62,844 bases of DNA from Folioceros fuciformis (taxonomy: Eukaryota): NCBI GenBank assembly GCA_049999805.1, contig JBNGIO010006099.1:1-62844 (forward strand), read 5' to 3'. Below are positions 60,570 through 62,844 of this stretch, piece by piece (within the stretch, counting starts at the first letter, position 1; every line of letters begins with the position of its first letter). The notes under the pieces are model-generated. The model had not been told where the DNA came from, ran no database searches, and worked only from the letters and a program-made list of their open reading frames with translations. Both the position numbers and the translations under genes were made by a program.

Positions 60570-61575
60570 TTAATGCTACATATACTCTAAACATAGTCCT
60601 TACTTTAGCTGTCTTAGGTCGGACACCTTATGAGGCAATGTGGGGTCACAAACCAAGTCTTCTACATCTACGGGTGTTTGGTTCCCTTGCTTATGCATAT
60701 ATTCTTGAACCCAAACGAAGCAAGTTAGATGACAGGTCAAAGCCACTTATCTTTGTGGGTTACTTAGAAGAATCAAAGGCCTACAAGTTATATGATCCTA
60801 CATCTCGTAAAGTTGTGCTAGCTCGGAGTGCCACCTTTAAGGAGTTGCTTGTTCCTCAAAAAAGTTTCTCCTATAGAACAACTTCACAACCCTTCTTCCT
60901 TGAACAACCTTGTAGACCTTCCCTTGGAGCATGATTCAACACATTTGTCAGTTCCTGTTATTTATCCAAATACAGATGGTGAACCTATTGTTAGAGACCT
61001 TATTCATTCATATGGTTCTGCTATTTATCATAGTGAAGGAAATGTGCCTGTACCTGGAGCAGAAGATGCTGATCACTTGGATAGTCCTACACCTCCAAAT
61101 GTCCTTAATGATGTTACTTCTGATTCTTTTTCAGTTGCGAGCAATGAAGAGTTTGTAGCCAATGACGCAGATTCTATACCTACAGGTGTTCTAGATTCAG
61201 AGGGAGCCCTTCCAGTTGTTGTTCCAGAGGAGGTAGTACTTGTTACTAATTGTCCACCTAGGTATCCGACTCGTGAAAGAAGGGCGCATGTAGACTGAGT
61301 TGAACCCCCTCATCAGGCAGTTGATTTTCGCAGAACTTCTGCACATGTTGTTGATCTACATGTTCTTGAGGTCAGACCTGACCCACAAAGCTATTTAGAA
61401 GCCCTGAAGGGGCTTGGTGGACATCATTGGCGGACTTCAATTGATGATGAATACAATTCGTTGGTTAAAAACCATACATGGGAATTGGTTGATCTCCCGC
61501 CTTAGCGTAAACCTATATCTTGCAAATGGATTTTTAAAACCAAGTTGAAATCAAATAGGACTATAGCTCGTTGAA
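60570..61575 (+). mobile_element. Ty1/copia pol fragment (integrase C-terminus/SH3 to start of RT), degenerate
   Basis: TPYEAMWGHKPSLLHLRVFGSLAY...RSKLDDRS...FVGY...KAYKLYDP, then PQSYLEAL...W..SIDDEYNSLVKNHTWELVDLPP*RKPISCKWIFKTK. Confidence 0.9.
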
Positions 61576-62844
61576 TGGCACTATGACTCTGTTAAATGGC
61601 ACTTCCTCTGGCGATGCCTGCGAAGCTTTGGGTTTGGCAACAACTTCTGCAGGTGGATTGCAATTCTTTGTGTGGATGCAAGTGCAATGGTCTCTGTCAA
61701 TGGCTCCTTTACCGACAGGTTTGATATTATGCGTTTCGTACGGCAAGGTTGCCCTCTGGCCCCGTTCCTACTCATCATTGTCTCTAACTTTCTCTTGCGA
61801 GCAGTCGAGCAGGGCTCAAGGATTAAAGGCATTCAGAATCCCGATGGCTCGCAGCTGCGTATCTCAGCATTTGCTAATGACACTATGCGTTTCTCATCGG
61901 CAGATACGACTTCCTTAACAACCCTGCCAGGTACAGCTTTTTAGGCAGCTATCAGGATGCAATGTGAATTGGAGTAAGACTAGGATGATGTGCATTAACA
62001 TGCAGGGGGAGCCGCCCACATGCATCAGGCACATAGTGCGGGTCCAGCCCGGTTCATCACACAAATACCTGGGCCTGCCATTCTAGGAAGAAGATGAGAA
62101 TGCGGAAATTGGTAAATTTGTTTGTCTCCGGTTCATTCGGAAGGCAACCAGCTTATGTCTCTTGGACCTTAGTCTAGCAGGCAGAATTGTGGTCATAAAC
62201 CATATTTTAACCGCTTCCCTGTGGTACTACATGTTCTTGTGGGCTCCTAGCAAGGTGGATCTGAGGCGATTGCAACATATTATTTCTAACTTCTTATGGA
62301 GCAAGTCTAAGGAGCTGCTCTCTTCTTCCCATAAGGTGGCGTGGCAACATATTATTCAGTGCAAGACCTTGGGTGGGCTGGGGTTGGTAGACCCCATGAG
62401 TAAAATGAAGATCCTACATGCGCATGGGTTCTTAAGGCAGTTGGCCCAATGGGATACCCTTGGAAAAGCTGGTTAACCCAGCACTTACAGCAAACTCAAG
62501 CGGTTGCCCGGCGGCGGAGGTCTATGGATAACCTCTTGGCGGATAGGCCTTTGTTCCCCACTCTTCGCCTCAACCAGGGACTGCTCCCTGCTCTTCGCCT
62601 CAACTAGGGACTGCTCCCTGCTCTTCGCCTCAACTAGGGACTGCTCCCCGCTCTTCGCCTCAACCAGGGACTGCTCCCCGCTCTTCGCCTCAATCTGGCA
62701 CAGCTTCTTGGAGGTGAAAACCTTCCTTATCTTAGCCAAGCCTAGGAACAGGGATGATGTGCTGGGCCTTCCTCTCCAAGGCTTTAACGGCCTGTGGTCA
62801 CAGGACTTCCTTTCTCGGGTGTACTGATCCCAGATCTTCAGCTC
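61576..62844 (+). mobile_element. L1-clade LINE reverse-transcriptase fragment, degenerate, running off the window end
   Basis: VSVNGSF...VRQGCPLAPFL...SAFANDT (YADD equivalent), HKYLGLP, LSLAGRIVVINHIL, NFLW, KVAW...GGLGL, with internal stops. Confidence 0.9.
62555..62694. repeat. 30-bp in-frame tandem repeat, ~5 copies, inside the LINE
   Basis: CTCTTCGCCTCAAC.AGGGACTGCTCCC.G at 62561, 62591, 62621, 62651 and 62681. Confidence 0.9.

Overview
Eukaryotic, gene-dense nuclear DNA from a non-seed land plant. It is most likely a hornwort (Anthoceros-like); this is inferred from ~70-120 bp GT-AG introns, an axonemal dynein p28 gene implying flagellated sperm, and a PLS-class PPR with a WW-type box. 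About 18 protein-coding genes lie between TE-rich ends: a ThrE/Prm10-like exporter, dynein p28, a class-V PLP aminotransferase, NEDD1, RPL36A, a lipoxygenase, a SAPS/PP6 regulatory subunit, a PPR-E+, a matrix metalloproteinase, a pfkB kinase, an unknown plastid-type protein, an AIPP3-like BAH-TFIIS protein, Pho88/Snd3, an EER5/THP1-like PCI protein, HMCES/SRAP, an orphan, a small secreted LRR protein and a CYSTM protein. LINE, copia and REL-type retroelement remnants, several tandem repeats and 7 N-gaps are also present. The most notable observations are: a lipoxygenase with an R-type Gly at the Coffa site and other active-site changes; spliced Pho88/Snd3 and ThrE/Prm10 genes, families best known from fungi and bacteria; a WW-type PPR with a truncated deaminase and a predictable target; three intronless housekeeping genes; an AT-rich island around the sperm dynein gene; and an 87-bp satellite whose hairpin loop flips orientation between copies. 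All exon models were built by eye and no database searches were run.
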